Of a DNA stretch of 64,000 nt, positions 1-11,337 are shown in pieces. Position 1 is the first letter of the stretch. Each line of letters opens with the position of its first letter. The notes under the pieces were generated by a model. That model was not told the origin of the DNA, searched no databases, and saw only the letters and a list, made by a program, of their open reading frames with translations. The position numbers were made by a program, and so were the translations under genes. Source of the DNA: Trichosphaerium sp. ATCC 40318 (Eukaryota; Protista; Tubulinea); the NCBI GenBank assembly GCA_038496445.1, contig JALMLS010000354.1:1-64000 (forward strand), in the 5' to 3' direction.

Positions 1-620
1 CATATTGCGTTGTTTGTCATCAATTAATCGTAAATGTCTGTTCGTGAATTGCTTCTTTACATTCATATTATACCTTTGTAATACCAGCCAAAGCTCTGGA
101 CATACACCGCAGCTACAGAGTATGAATAAATCAAACGCGAAGCTCATTCCTTACCCATTTTTTATTGTTACGTCACCTCCAGCAGATATCATCCAACTGA
201 ATAGTTCTAAATCGCAGCTATAAAGACAAGCATGCAATGGTGTATCTCCATACTTGTTCTGCTGATTACAGTCGACACCTACGTACAACAAATACGTGAG
301 CACTTAGCTCTCCACTTTTCTTTGTACCCAATTCTATGAGAATGTCAAACAGTTGTCTTGCATCGCGGTGGCCATGATTTTCACGCGATAACGCAAGAAT
401 ATGTAGAAGATTATCCCCACTTAAATCATCAACATACCACGCAAACGTCTTATTTACACATTTTTCTGCGTGTTTGTATTTTCCTTGTTTAATTAAAGGT
501 TAGTTCCTTCTCATCTGAGTTTTAATAGTTTTGTTTTCTGAAGAATAAGACCTTACATACCCGTCTTTATTAAATCAAGTACTTTTGTATCGCTGTGTGG
601 AGTGTTTAGTATAGTGAGGA
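1..620 (-). CDS. Ankyrin-repeat protein, multi-exon, partial (runs off window start; 5' end not resolved)
   Basis: Spliced minus-strand exons read GDNLLHILALSRENHGHRDARQLFDILIELG-VDCNQQNKYGDTPLHACLYSCDLELFSWMISAGGDVTIKNG, matching the ankyrin consensus GxTPLH. Confidence 0.75.
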
Positions 621-699
621 GATTTTAGAAATCACGTGTCCAAAAAAATTAGATTTGGTTATAACGCTTCACAACACGTGTATTTTACAGCGTAGTTTT

Positions 700-1630
700 A
701 TTAATTAGAAAAGGCACGCGAATAACATACGTATCTATATTTACACGCGTCATACGCTTGCTTAATCGTTTTATCATAGTAACACGTGATGCTTCATAAC
801 TTGTGAAGTCCTTCGGCTTTTGTTTGTTGAACAATACGAGAAAAAGTGTGGAGGGATTTTTTTTCTATTATTACTTGAAACACCAAACAGCAAATCTGCT
901 TTACCTCAAAATATTTTAAAAGGAAAAAGTATTGTAGTTCATTAGCAAAGATGTGGCTTCAAGGTCATATTTATTCGCATTGCCTTGGACAGGCTTCAAA
1001 ATAAATAAATAAACAAAAAAAGAAAATGCCAACAAAGCAATCAATTTATTTTGTAGTTTGCTGAGAAACAAAGCCACAACATGGATGTGGTTACTATAGA
1101 TACACTCACTTAATTACATTTATAGCGGGTTACTTGCTGTTTCATACCAATCATCATGGTACCATCGTAGTTATTACATCTTCCAGAACTAGGCTTTCGC
1201 TGATTGCATCGTTTACCACAGTTTTTCTTGCCTGATATGTGTTCATACTAAGCTTTAAATTGAGTGGAAAGTTGAAAGCATATGAGATGAACAAGTACGT
1301 ACATCATCGTAACTGTCTTTAGGGCAAGATCCCCAACGGTCGGCGCAAAAAGTTCCAGACTCTCCGTCAGTGTTTTCATACAGCCTTGAGCACCATTTGG
1401 CCCAGCACCCTCCTTCTACATCTTCATCGTTTCCTGATACTGGACATGCGAACATAAATACTACAAAAACAATAGCCAAGGATAGCGTAGGTATTAAAGA
1501 AAAGTTGCTCATTGTAAGGTGACAATAATTTTTTGAGTGAAAATGTTTAACGAGTTTTCAAGAGTTTGTCCGATGTAATCCCGATTTCACATAACCACAA
1601 AACACGTAAAACTACACGACCCTACACGAC
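700..1630. repeat. Segmental duplication, copy A (paired with 3021-3775)
   Basis: Colinear similarity with 3021-3775 across the gene, 3' flank and 5' flank. Copy A has an extra ~185 bp at about 805-990. Confidence 0.9.
1110..1512 (-). CDS. Small secreted cysteine-rich protein, copy 1 (exons 1303-1512 and 1110-1247; 115 aa)
   Basis: Signal peptide MSNFSLIPTLSLAIVFVVFMFACPVSG. GTACGT...TTAG intron at 1248-1302. Exon 2 reads YEHISGKKNCGKRCNQRKPSSGRCNNYDGTMMIGMKQQVTRYKCN*. The predicted mature part has 8 Cys. Confidence 0.8.
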
Positions 1631-2167
1631 ACGATGTTTCACTATTATAATTATCCTTGCCGTCAACGAGTAGGTAAGTTACAAACCCTAAGGCAAAGAT
1701 TGCCTGTTGAAATAGTAAGGAATGTAACAATATCTGCAAAAAAAATAAACGTTGTTGTCTTTTTGTAGCACGTGGAGTATGTAGTAATTTGTACATACAA
1801 AAGAGACCAACGCCTATTTGAGCTATAACCAAATTTATTGTCAACTTACAATGGCATTCCTTTTATTTACATACCTCCGCAGATAGTGTACACCACAGTA
1901 TGTATAATTATGTTAATAGGGTGAATGGAACAAAAGGTGAGCAAAGACCAAAAACAGTGAACCATAAGTAGTGGTCTATTACTGTTCAAGCGACAAAAGA
2001 TAATTCGGAGGATGATCTCAAAAAGTAGTGAAGTTCTCTTTATGCTGTGTTTTTCTCAAAAACAATTGTTGACAACACGTTTATGATCGGTTTATGTACT
2101 GTGGCATAAACGAACAATGCTCTTTCTCTGAAAGTTCAATCTGGGCTACAACCTTTTAATTTTCATC

Positions 2168-3022
2168 TATTGTCCGTATCATTCAAGTTTGCGACAGGTT
2201 TGGCAGAAGTATCAAAGTGTAAGATCTTGCAAGAACTAACAAAACTGACAGATCTTGTAAGTTCTGCTAGTTCTTGCAAGTTCTGTCAGATTTTGTCAGT
2301 TTTGATAGTTCTTGCACTGACAGCTTTGATAAAAACCTGCTGAACCAGTGCAATGTGAATGCATCACATTCTATAACTCATGACAATGTACCTTCCTTGC
2401 CGTCCTTATGTACGTTAAGGCAAGCCGAAAAAGCACTGTGTCAAAGTCGCATCATCTAACAAGACGACCTCAGTATTTCACGTAGGGCGCTCTCATTACT
2501 ACTCACCCAGTAGCCATAAAAACGAGTACGAATCAATAATTATTTACATATTAACTAACAAGCACCACGCGCGAATGCTGGCACATTCAGGCGTAAAGAG
2601 GAGTATTTAACGTGAGATAACGTTAAAACCTCAAGGAAAATTCCAAGCGCTTCCAAAGTATCTTGCGCTGCATGTACGGTATAACATAGCGTAATAATCC
2701 GTTTTAGAGTATAGGAGACAATCGTTGGACCTTAGAGGTCAGAGACATAAGCTAATGTACCAAATAAATAATGGTGGTTAAGAACACGTGGTGTCACAAT
2801 AATTTGTATGCGTTGTACCTGTCCAAGTGGATTTAGTTTGTTCCAGAACTGACAAGATCCGTCAGATCTTGTAGTTTTTAACAGATCTTGCAAGAACTAA
2901 CAAGATCTTGTAAGAATTAACAGAAGTTGCAAGATCTGTCAGATCTGACTAAACACGAAAACCAAAAGTCACAAACAGCAAAAAGTTGCAAAGATTAGCA
3001 AACTTGAATGAAACGGACAATA
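2168..3022. mobile_element. Non-autonomous TIR DNA transposon (MITE-like), probable TA target-site duplication
   Basis: Left end TATTGTCCGTATCATTCAAGTTTGC and right end GCAAACTTGAATGAAACGGACAATA match over 25 bp with 1 mismatch (including the TA). Both arms carry subterminal arrays of AGATCTTGCAAGAACTAAC-like motifs. No transposase ORF. Confidence 0.85.
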
Positions 3023-3775
3023 TTAATTACAAGGCATGCGAATAATATCGCGAATAACATATGTATCTATATTTACACGCGTTATACACTTGCTTAATGA
3101 TTTTATCGTAGTAACACGTGATGCTTCATAACTTGTAGCTCAAGGGGTTGAAAGGCTTCAAAATAAAAAAAGAAAATGCCAACAAACAATCAATTTATTT
3201 ATAGTTTGCTTAACACTAGCACTGAGATACCAAGTCACATACAACATGGTTGTGGTTACTATATAGATACACTCGCTTAATTACATTTATAGAGGGCTAC
3301 TTCTAGCCATGATACCTTGAAAATTATTACATCTTCCAGCACTAGGTGTTCTCTGATTGCATCGTTTACCACAGTTTTTCTTGCCTGATATGTTGTCATA
3401 CTATACTTTAAAGTGAGTCGAAAGTTGAACAGCATAGACAATGGAGAAGTGCGTACGCCATCATAACTCTTTTGAGGGCAAGATCCCCAACGGTCGGCGC
3501 AAAAAGTTTCCGAACCTCCGTACGTATATTGATACAACCTTGAGCACCATTTGCCTACGCACGCTTCTACATCTTCATCGTTTCCTGATACTGGACATGC
3601 GAACATAAATACTACAAAAAGAATAGCGAAGGATAGTGTTGGTATTAAAGAAAAGTTGCTCATAAGGTGACAATAGTTTTTTGAGTGAAAATGTTGTGTT
3701 TTCAAGAGTTTGTCCGATGTAATCCCGATTTCACACAACCACAAAACGCGAAACTACACGACTCTACACGAGGAC
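3021..3775. repeat. Segmental duplication, copy B (paired with 700-1630)
   Basis: Direct-orientation homologue of 700-1630. Confidence 0.9.
3287..3663 (-). CDS. Small secreted cysteine-rich protein, copy 2 (exons 3457-3663 and 3287-3400; C-terminal frameshift)
   Basis: Same signal peptide and intron position as copy 1. Exon 2 reads YDNISGKKNCGKRCNQRTPSAGRCNNFQGIMARSSPL*. The ancestral ...YKCN* ending remains in another frame. Confidence 0.7.
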
Positions 3776-3790
3776 TACACGAGATATGGC

Positions 3791-3925
3791 CTATGCGTTT
3801 CAACTGTCGACTCACTTCAAAGTATAGTTTGACGCACGAAACTGTGGTAGACGATGCAATAAGCGAACACCTAGAGCTGGAAGCTTTAACTACTATCATG
3901 GCATGATAATTGGTCTGAGAAAGCT
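3791..3925 (+). pseudogene. Inverted fragment (intron end plus exon 2) of a third cysteine-rich protein paralogue
   Basis: After acceptor AGTATAG (ends 3827) it reads FDARNCGRRCNKRTPRAGSFNYYHGMIIGLRK. It is an inverted homologue of 3310-3437. No exon 1 upstream. Confidence 0.8.
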
Positions 3926-4554
3926 CTTCATTATGTTGCTGGTGAGCAACAAGGAGAGCATAAAAATGCCTGTTACTTCTTTGCCAAATTGAAGGTAACT
4001 TTCTTCAAGTATTTGACAGAATGTGCAATACAGTTAAATTCATTTATTCCCTATTGCTGGCACCTTTTGGGCAAGCTCTCCTTGAAGTATACAGCTTGTT
4101 AGACGTAGATTATGACCTACTAGAAACCATCGGATTCCTTTTGCAACTCTCACTCAATTTCCTAAGCATATCTTCATTTAGCTTGTCATATAATTTATTG
4201 TAATCAGCTTTTCATCAAGTTAATGAAGCTACTAAAGCTTTGAATGTAACTCAGCAAAAATTGTCGACAGCATTACAACAAGAATTATCAATAAATGAAT
4301 TCAACGTAATGACTGCGTACCTGACACCCTGCTTTACGGCATTAGCCAAGAGAGTAAATGCCTCCAAATAAAACCAATTTCCTTGGAACAGGATTATTAT
4401 GGAATCAAATAACAGTGAAGGTAACCTCTATGTTACTTAATATTGTGAAACGAAACTTGAAATTTCTTAAGTCACGTATTTTGTCACGTGATTTATTTCA
4501 AATCAAGTTTTACGCCTGAAACACTTACTGTGGTAATCCGTATATCAATTCTAG

Positions 4555-6178
4555 ATGAAAAGAATTAGTGCTCTTTTATTTATTGCGTACGTGCAGTAAA
4601 ACTTTTGTTTTTCCGTTCCTGGCGCCGCAAGGCTTTAACTCATACAGTCTTTTATATCTTTTTTTCTAAAATTATTTAATCCAAGTTTCTTGGTGGCTCA
4701 TGCTGTAGATTTATCCATGTACCTATGCCCATTAGAAGGTACATTGCCCTTTCTAACGTTTATCTGGCTTTGTATAAGGTCATTCATTTCTTACGCTTTA
4801 AATTTGGACTTTAAAGTTCTCATCCTCAATAGACGACAACTGTGGAACGTCAGTAAAGTCTTGTACGCTTAACAACCGAACACCAGTTGGAGATTGCTTT
4901 CCTTTAGACCCTTGTATTTTCCTTACAAATGATACCCATTACGCTCATTTTGTACCAAACGGAAACGGGTACGTGACGGAAATTTGTGGATACTTCGGAG
5001 CTTTTTTTTCGAATAGCTACATTTATTAAATGAACACGTGGGAATTTTTTTAAATGGTTTTTGTGTTAGGTTCCAACTTGTTGGATTTCGTGATTCTGTA
5101 TGTACAGATAGATCTGGTGTTGTTGGCGCAGCTGATACGGATGACTCGTGTACTACAAAAATCACTGGTTGGACTTGTACATACCTGATCAGACTGGGTG
5201 TACCCGCAGTAACAGGAAACGCATGGAGTGGATGGGAACACACCTCAGGTTTGTTCCTTGCTTTTTAATGTAGTCTATACTAATAGAATACCTGTTAGGT
5301 GGTTGTAGCACCGTTCCTACTATGAATAGAGGTCCTGTATTATTCGGAGAATGTGCATTGAGTCCTTTTTGTGATAGTGGAGATTGGATCAACGCGCAAG
5401 TTAACAGTGGAGATTCATCAATCATTGATTTGAATCACTACGCATCTCAAGCTGATTGTGAGAACAATATTAATCCATTTTTCCAAAATTCAACACTATA
5501 TGATAGAGAAGCCGTGCCTTTCGGAAAATGTTCGGATTTTGATTGTAATATGAGTAAGTTCTTTTTTTTTCAAACACTTATTTTCGAAAGGCTAATATTC
5601 TGTTTTTTTGAACAGCTACGGTTTCACCTGGAATAAGTTTCGCTTATGCTCAAATTGGTCCTGATACGCCTACAACATCTCCACCTTTTGTTGTGCCTGT
5701 ATCCCCAACAACTGAAACACCTGTATCCCCAACAACTGAAGCACCTGTAGAGCCTATAGCTCCAGTTGCACCACCAGTAGCACCTCCTGTTGGAACTCCT
5801 GTCCAATCTCCCGTCTCAACGCCAGTTACCACTCCAATAGGATCACAACCGACAACAGAGGCACCAACGACTGGTACTCCTGTATCGTCCACGGGAACCA
5901 CACCAACAACAGGCGAAACACCTGCCACTGTTATGACACCAACAACAGGGATTACTCCTTCGTCATCACCACCTGCTTCAAACATGCCAACTACAGCACC
6001 ATCAGATACTGTACCTACAGAAATTGCTCCTACACCCGCTCCAGTCGCACCACCTACTCATACCTCACATGCTTCTGTTTTGGTAAGTTGCCTTACAAAT
6101 ATTTACACTTACGTGTTTTACTAGTTGCCTTGTGTAATTATTTACGTTTTGATGCTATTATTTTGTGTTCCGCAATAA
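4555..6178 (+). CDS. Secreted, probably GPI-anchored surface glycoprotein with a Cys-containing N-domain and Pro/Thr-rich stalk (multi-exon)
   Basis: Signal MKRISALLFIA/FLVAHA; Cys-rich exons at 5070-5550; PTTE/PVAP stalk at 5660-6060; hydrophobic C-terminus HASVL-LPCVIIYVLMLLFCVPQ*. Confidence 0.7.
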
Positions 6179-6673
6179 CTCTTTCATTTGTATGAATCTT
6201 TCAATGTCGTATTTAAAGTAGTAATGAACTATCAATTTAATAATTTATCTATGGGATCATCATTCTACCGTTAGCACACTGATCGGTGCTCAATACTATT
6301 TGGTCACGTGACTTTATCCTCGTGGCAAAGTTATTCCACAACACTTGCAAATAATACTTGTTGAAACAAGCCAATGACAGCACAAGTTCGTAGTTCCTGA
6401 GATTGAGTCGGATTTCGCTCCATTATTTATTGTTGCAACTCTTTTCAATAGCTAGTCATTACTTTTGCCGATTGTAGCTAGCCTTTGATCACGTTCATCC
6501 TGTAATCGTAGTAGATCTATACTTCTGACAACCTGCATACCGTAAGTGTATTTGCAATGACGGCAAAATAATTGACGTACAGAGCTGCCGGCAAAAAAAA
6601 TAGGCCGCAATTCGTAAAAAATGAGTACATTTTGAGAAAGTGACATTTCAATATTTTTTGCCATCTCGCTCAT

Positions 6674-7857
6674 ATGGAAGCTCCTGCAACGGATGAAGAA
6701 TTAAAAATAGTCAGAGATGTTGTAAGAGACGGTCATGAAGATATACCACAAGGCTTTTTGGACGCAGAAAACATTTCAAGGTCAGATTTCTTTGTTTGCT
6801 TTTTACAAAGCGCTAAAAAGCTATAGATACATACGAGCAACAGAAGGTAACGTAGAAAAGTGCGCAGAAATGATGATTAATACAATAAATTGGAGAAACG
6901 AGTTTAAACCGCATAAAATATCTTGTAAAGGTATTCAAACGCTACAAATAACACGTTGGCAGTATATTAACAAGTGTACATTAAGATATCGCTACACATC
7001 TCAGCCATGGTAAAAATTACCACTCTGGGTTCGATAAGGTACATATTTCAACGTTAAAACGGGAGTATAGGCCAAAAGAACGACTTCTGTTGTTTATTCA
7101 ACAAACAATTCTAAAATGTCGTCTTGACAGGAAGGAAGACCAGTTGTATTGATGCGCATTAACAGAGATACACCTGATGATGTACCGGGTAAACTGAAGA
7201 TTACAATCTATAACTTGGAGAGGTAACACAAACACGTTTTTTTGTTTTCCTAAAAATGTTCCAAAAAAAGCCAACTAAAACAGGCTTGTGTTTTTCTTCA
7301 TTAGTACCCTCTTCAAGCATTCTTATTTTTACATAACCCAAGGTCTCTTCGGTTTCCAAATGCGAAGCAAGTCACGTGGATAGTAGATCTAAAAGGATTT
7401 GGTACAACAAAAGAAAATCGAAAACGTGTCACGTGCTGACGCGGGTGATGTTTAGGCATGAACGATATGTCGTTTGCACAAAACAAAATGTCGATGCAAT
7501 TTGTGAATATCTTGACAAGTCATTACCCTGAACGATTAGGCCTGCTACTCATAATCAACGCACCGTGGGTGTTTTCAGGTATTCTCGAAATATTTTTTTT
7601 TTTGAACGAGTTTTAACAACTTATCATGTCTAGCGTTTTGGAGGATTATTTCACCGCTCTTGTCAAAGCACACGTGCTCAAAAATACAGTTTATAACAGG
7701 AGATATCGGAAAAGGACTGTCTGAGTATATACCAAAAGACCAGCTGGAAGTTGAGTATGGCGGGAATAGCACAATGACATACGATCATGAAAAGTATTTT
7801 GAAATGCTTCAAAAAGAAGAAAGCGACTGGATGACTGAAAGCACTAAAACCGAATGA
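6674..7857 (+). CDS. Sec14/CRAL-TRIO lipid-binding protein (multi-exon)
   Basis: Motifs RYIRATEGNVEKCAEMMINTINWR, GFDKEGRPV, HYPERLGLLLIINAPWVF, YIPKDQLEVEYGG. Confidence 0.9.
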
Positions 7858-8182
7858 AGAAAATAACCTTATAGGAACTCCAACAGGGCTCTCGCCTTAT
7901 TGTTTGATACACAAAAGAATGAAAGAAATAGCTGAACACTGTATTTGTAATAAATGTCTACTTATGAAATATCGATGTTTTTTCTGCACACATATAGTAC
8001 TTATGCAACTATTTTGCATGCACTCACAGGTGGTAGCTAAAGTATTGTGTCTTTTCAAGTTAGATTTAATTACGACTGGATTGAATTGAAACTTTGGTTA
8101 CAGATATGGCGGGTAAGTAAAAGACAAAACAAGAAGTTATGTAGTTTATAAAAAAGTTGTACAAATGTTAAAGAAAATCTGT

Positions 8183-10310
8183 TTAGTAAAATCCGATAAT
8201 AGCTCTACCATATTCGCTTCTTTGAGCTAATATCTCAGGTTGTTTAACACCAGATCCAGTTACACACATATCTTTTAAATACTTGGCTGAACGTAGTAAA
8301 GGTAAAAGACCTTCCAAAGAAATCTGAGCGCAGCCTCTTAAATTAATATCAACGAGTTCCAATAAGAATGGTCCTGCTTCTTTAATGCCTTTGTCTGTTA
8401 CGGAAGACTTCTCCAAATTAAGATATCTTAGCTTCTTGCACTTTTTTGCTAGCACGCTAACACTCTTGTCTGTGAGACCTTGAGCAAGCTCCAAAACTAA
8501 GAATAAATTAAGAATGTTTATCACTTGATATTTTGCAAAGCTTTCAAAATCTACCTGATAGTTCAGGGCAAGCGTTTGCTAGTGTGATGATATCCTTTTC
8601 TGTGACATCAAATTTACCACCGCCTATAGAAGATAAGTTGTTGGATATAGTCAAAGCGTGGCGAGTACCAATCATCAATAAGTTCAAATTACGGCAGCGG
8701 GAAAATGTTGAGATGCTTTTTGTTGTTAATTTAGCAGCTGATGTAAGATTTACTGAAGAAAGTGAAGGACAATTCTTTGTTAAAACAGTGACACCTTTGT
8801 AAATGGGTGAGTTTGTTGCTCAAAAAAGTTAAATGAATTTCAGAAAAAATCAGGAATAAAAAGTGCTGATATAAAAGAACTTACTGGCATCTGATAAGTC
8901 ATCACAGTCTTTTAGCGTTAACTCACATAAAGATCTATTATTTTCTGCTAATCTCGTCAAAGTAATATCAGATATTGGCTGGGCAGGCAAGCAAAAATAC
9001 AATCTTGTCAAATTATTGCAAAACTTTGATATTGCTGTAAGTGATTGACCACCAAGTTTGCGGCAATAGTTCACAGATAGGTTTGTAAGTCTACTCCCAA
9101 TCTTTTCTATGAATGAAGCAAATCCCTATTTGAAGATTAATTCATGTTTAAGTACGAACTTAGTTCCATAGTAAAAAGAAGAGGTACCTCATCTGTAATA
9201 CTATCACTAAATGTGACTTCAAGGAAATTCAAGTTCATGCCACTGATACTAGAGAGGCCCCAATCTGTTATCTTATTACTGCTTCCTAAAGCCAGTGTTC
9301 TTAAGTTACTGCAAGTAGCTACTTTAACCAATACTAAGGATTGTCAAAAAGGGTTAACATCTAGAAGCCAAAAGTTAAAAAAAAAGAGCTTACACTCGTC
9401 GGATAGTTTGACACATCCAGGTGCCAGTAGTGCATATAGTTCTTTTTGACCCTGCTTATCAAGTATAGCTTCAAATCCCTTGTCAGATACACGTACGCAC
9501 TCTTTCGCCTATTTCGAAGGGTTAATCAAAGATAATGGTCCTTTTTTGCTTAAAGAGCTTACAACAAGTGCTTTAAGTTTAGGACAACCGCTGGCTATAC
9601 TGACAAAGAAAGGATCCTTGATGTTTGCACGACTCACATCTAGAAACTCTAGATGCTGTAACGCGGCAATACTAGCACCGCATCCATCTACGTCCAAGTC
9701 AAAACTTTCACATCACTTCTTTCGAAGAGAAAACCAAACAAACAAATAACACGTGCCATTTATCTTTGTACCACCAAGTGACAAACTGCGAAGATTGGGT
9801 AACGATGATACCATATTGCATACACCATTAGCAGTGACCTTCTTGCATCCACTTAAATCTACTGTTTGAAGACGTGTACACTTGGCCAAAGCAGAAAGAA
9901 CCCTGGGTTTTTTTCTTGAGTTAATATTCTGTTTTTACGGTTGACAGTGGTTTTTTTTAACGTACGAATCTGTCACACCTTTGTTATTGGTTAAGTCTAC
10001 TTGCTCGAGCGACTGTGAGAGGTTGTCACCTATAGCTTCGAGTGAAGATGACAGTAACGGCGTATAACGCACTCTACATGGTTTTAACGAAATATTAAAG
10101 AGTTTTAGGGTACCCTAAAGTGCTTATATTAGATTGTAGCATACACTTGAACACTTCATCCTGTAATGACCCTGAGCGCCTTATAATATGAAATAAACGC
10201 TGAAACACCGACTTTGGCAGCCTTCCGAGTTCTTCTTTATCGCTACCCTTTTCAATACTTTCAATGAGAGCGTTAAGGCTTAAAGAAACGAGATCCGGAA
10301 AGTCAGACAT
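8183..10310 (-). CDS. RNI-like / cysteine-containing LRR protein (AMN1/FBXL-like), multi-exon
   Basis: Many LxxLxLxxCxxITD repeats. N-terminus MSDFPDLVSLSLNALIE...LGRLPKSVFQRLF resembles BC-box/F-box-type adaptor motifs. Confidence 0.8.
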
Positions 10311-10712
10311 TACTAACGCTTTTTTTTGGTTTAGTTTTTTTTCTGCAAATTTCGTTGTTTGTAAATTCTTGAAATTTATCCCTTCACTGAAATTGAGACA
10401 AAAAAGAAGATAGCTCACTGCCGAGTCATCGCTCCACTTCATCTTCGTACATTCTAGTTCCACTAGCCAAAAGGTGTGCGATACCAGGCTACAGTCCTTA
10501 ACATTCGGCTAACTAATGTAAAAGCAGATGAGGGTTAGCAACATTAATGGTACTTTGGTGAAGTCAAAAACTTAAACTGCTACCTGGCTATAGCAGTTAA
10601 CTGCCACCTCAACCTTGTTGTAATTATTTAAAACTTCAATAAGCCAATAATACAATTATCAATTCTATGCCTTGTCGTAGCCTACCAAAGACAAACTAGT
10701 AAACACCCAAGA

Positions 10713-10901
10713 TTTGACCTGAAATAGCGCTATTTTGTGTTTGTACAATAGCCTTTGCAACTCTGCAAGCTATACCATGAGTGTAAACTCATAGAAGTAA
10801 TGTGAGCATAAGAACAGAAAGTCACGTGCATGCTACAAATTGGGAGTGGCTTTTTAAAGTAGGGTTAACGCTGAAATAGAATAGCGGTATTTCAAGCCAA
10901 A
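10713..10901. mobile_element. Short TIR-bounded dispersed repeat (MITE-like family 2), copy 1
   Basis: Ends TTTGACCTGAAATAGCGCTATT and AATAGCGGTATTTCAAGCCAAA (19/22 inverted match). Interior homologous to 32717-32944. Confidence 0.7.
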
Positions 10902-11337
10902 CCCCAGCAAAGCATGGTTCAACATTACCCGAAAACTGTAGACTACCAATAGACCAAAAAGGGTGCTAAGACCACTTATTGAAGTGGTAGTACACGACCT
11001 CGCGTATTCACTATTACTAAAGAAGGATCCAGAATAAAACAGATTTTGAAACAGCTGATGCTTGTTATGTATGAGCACTATCACTTAACTTTAAATTAAC
11101 ATGGTGCTACGTAGAAAAAAAAGTGTAGTGGGCTAGAAGAAAAGGCCTACTTTAACTCCGTTGTACTCTTTTCGCACCAATTTTCCGTTTGTCGGTTGCC
11201 TATGCGTGTAGTAACGTAACGGCAATACTTTTGTGAAACATAAGTGTACTTGCTCCGCTTCTTCAGAAAAAAAATACTGCAATTTGTAAATAGTCCGTTA
11301 AATTCTCTGTTGTTATATTTTCTAACGCGCAAACAAC

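Noticed and set aside
2215-2950. Short repeated motifs resembling a CRISPR array
   Set aside because: Irregular, in mixed orientation, with no unique spacers or cas genes; explained as subterminal repeats of the TIR element in a eukaryotic genome.
3277-3744. 155-aa ORF as a single-exon protein
   Set aside because: It reads through an intron; the spliced, Cys-rich frame is the one conserved with copy 1.
3940-4370. Possible gene fragment (also 1640-2160)
   Set aside because: No consistent spliced frame or recognisable motif.
10450-11140. Larger fold-back element around MITE-like copy 1 (CTTCAATAAG/CTTATTGAAG and weak outer inverted matches)
   Set aside because: The matches are short and degenerate in AT-rich DNA and cannot be distinguished from chance without other copies.
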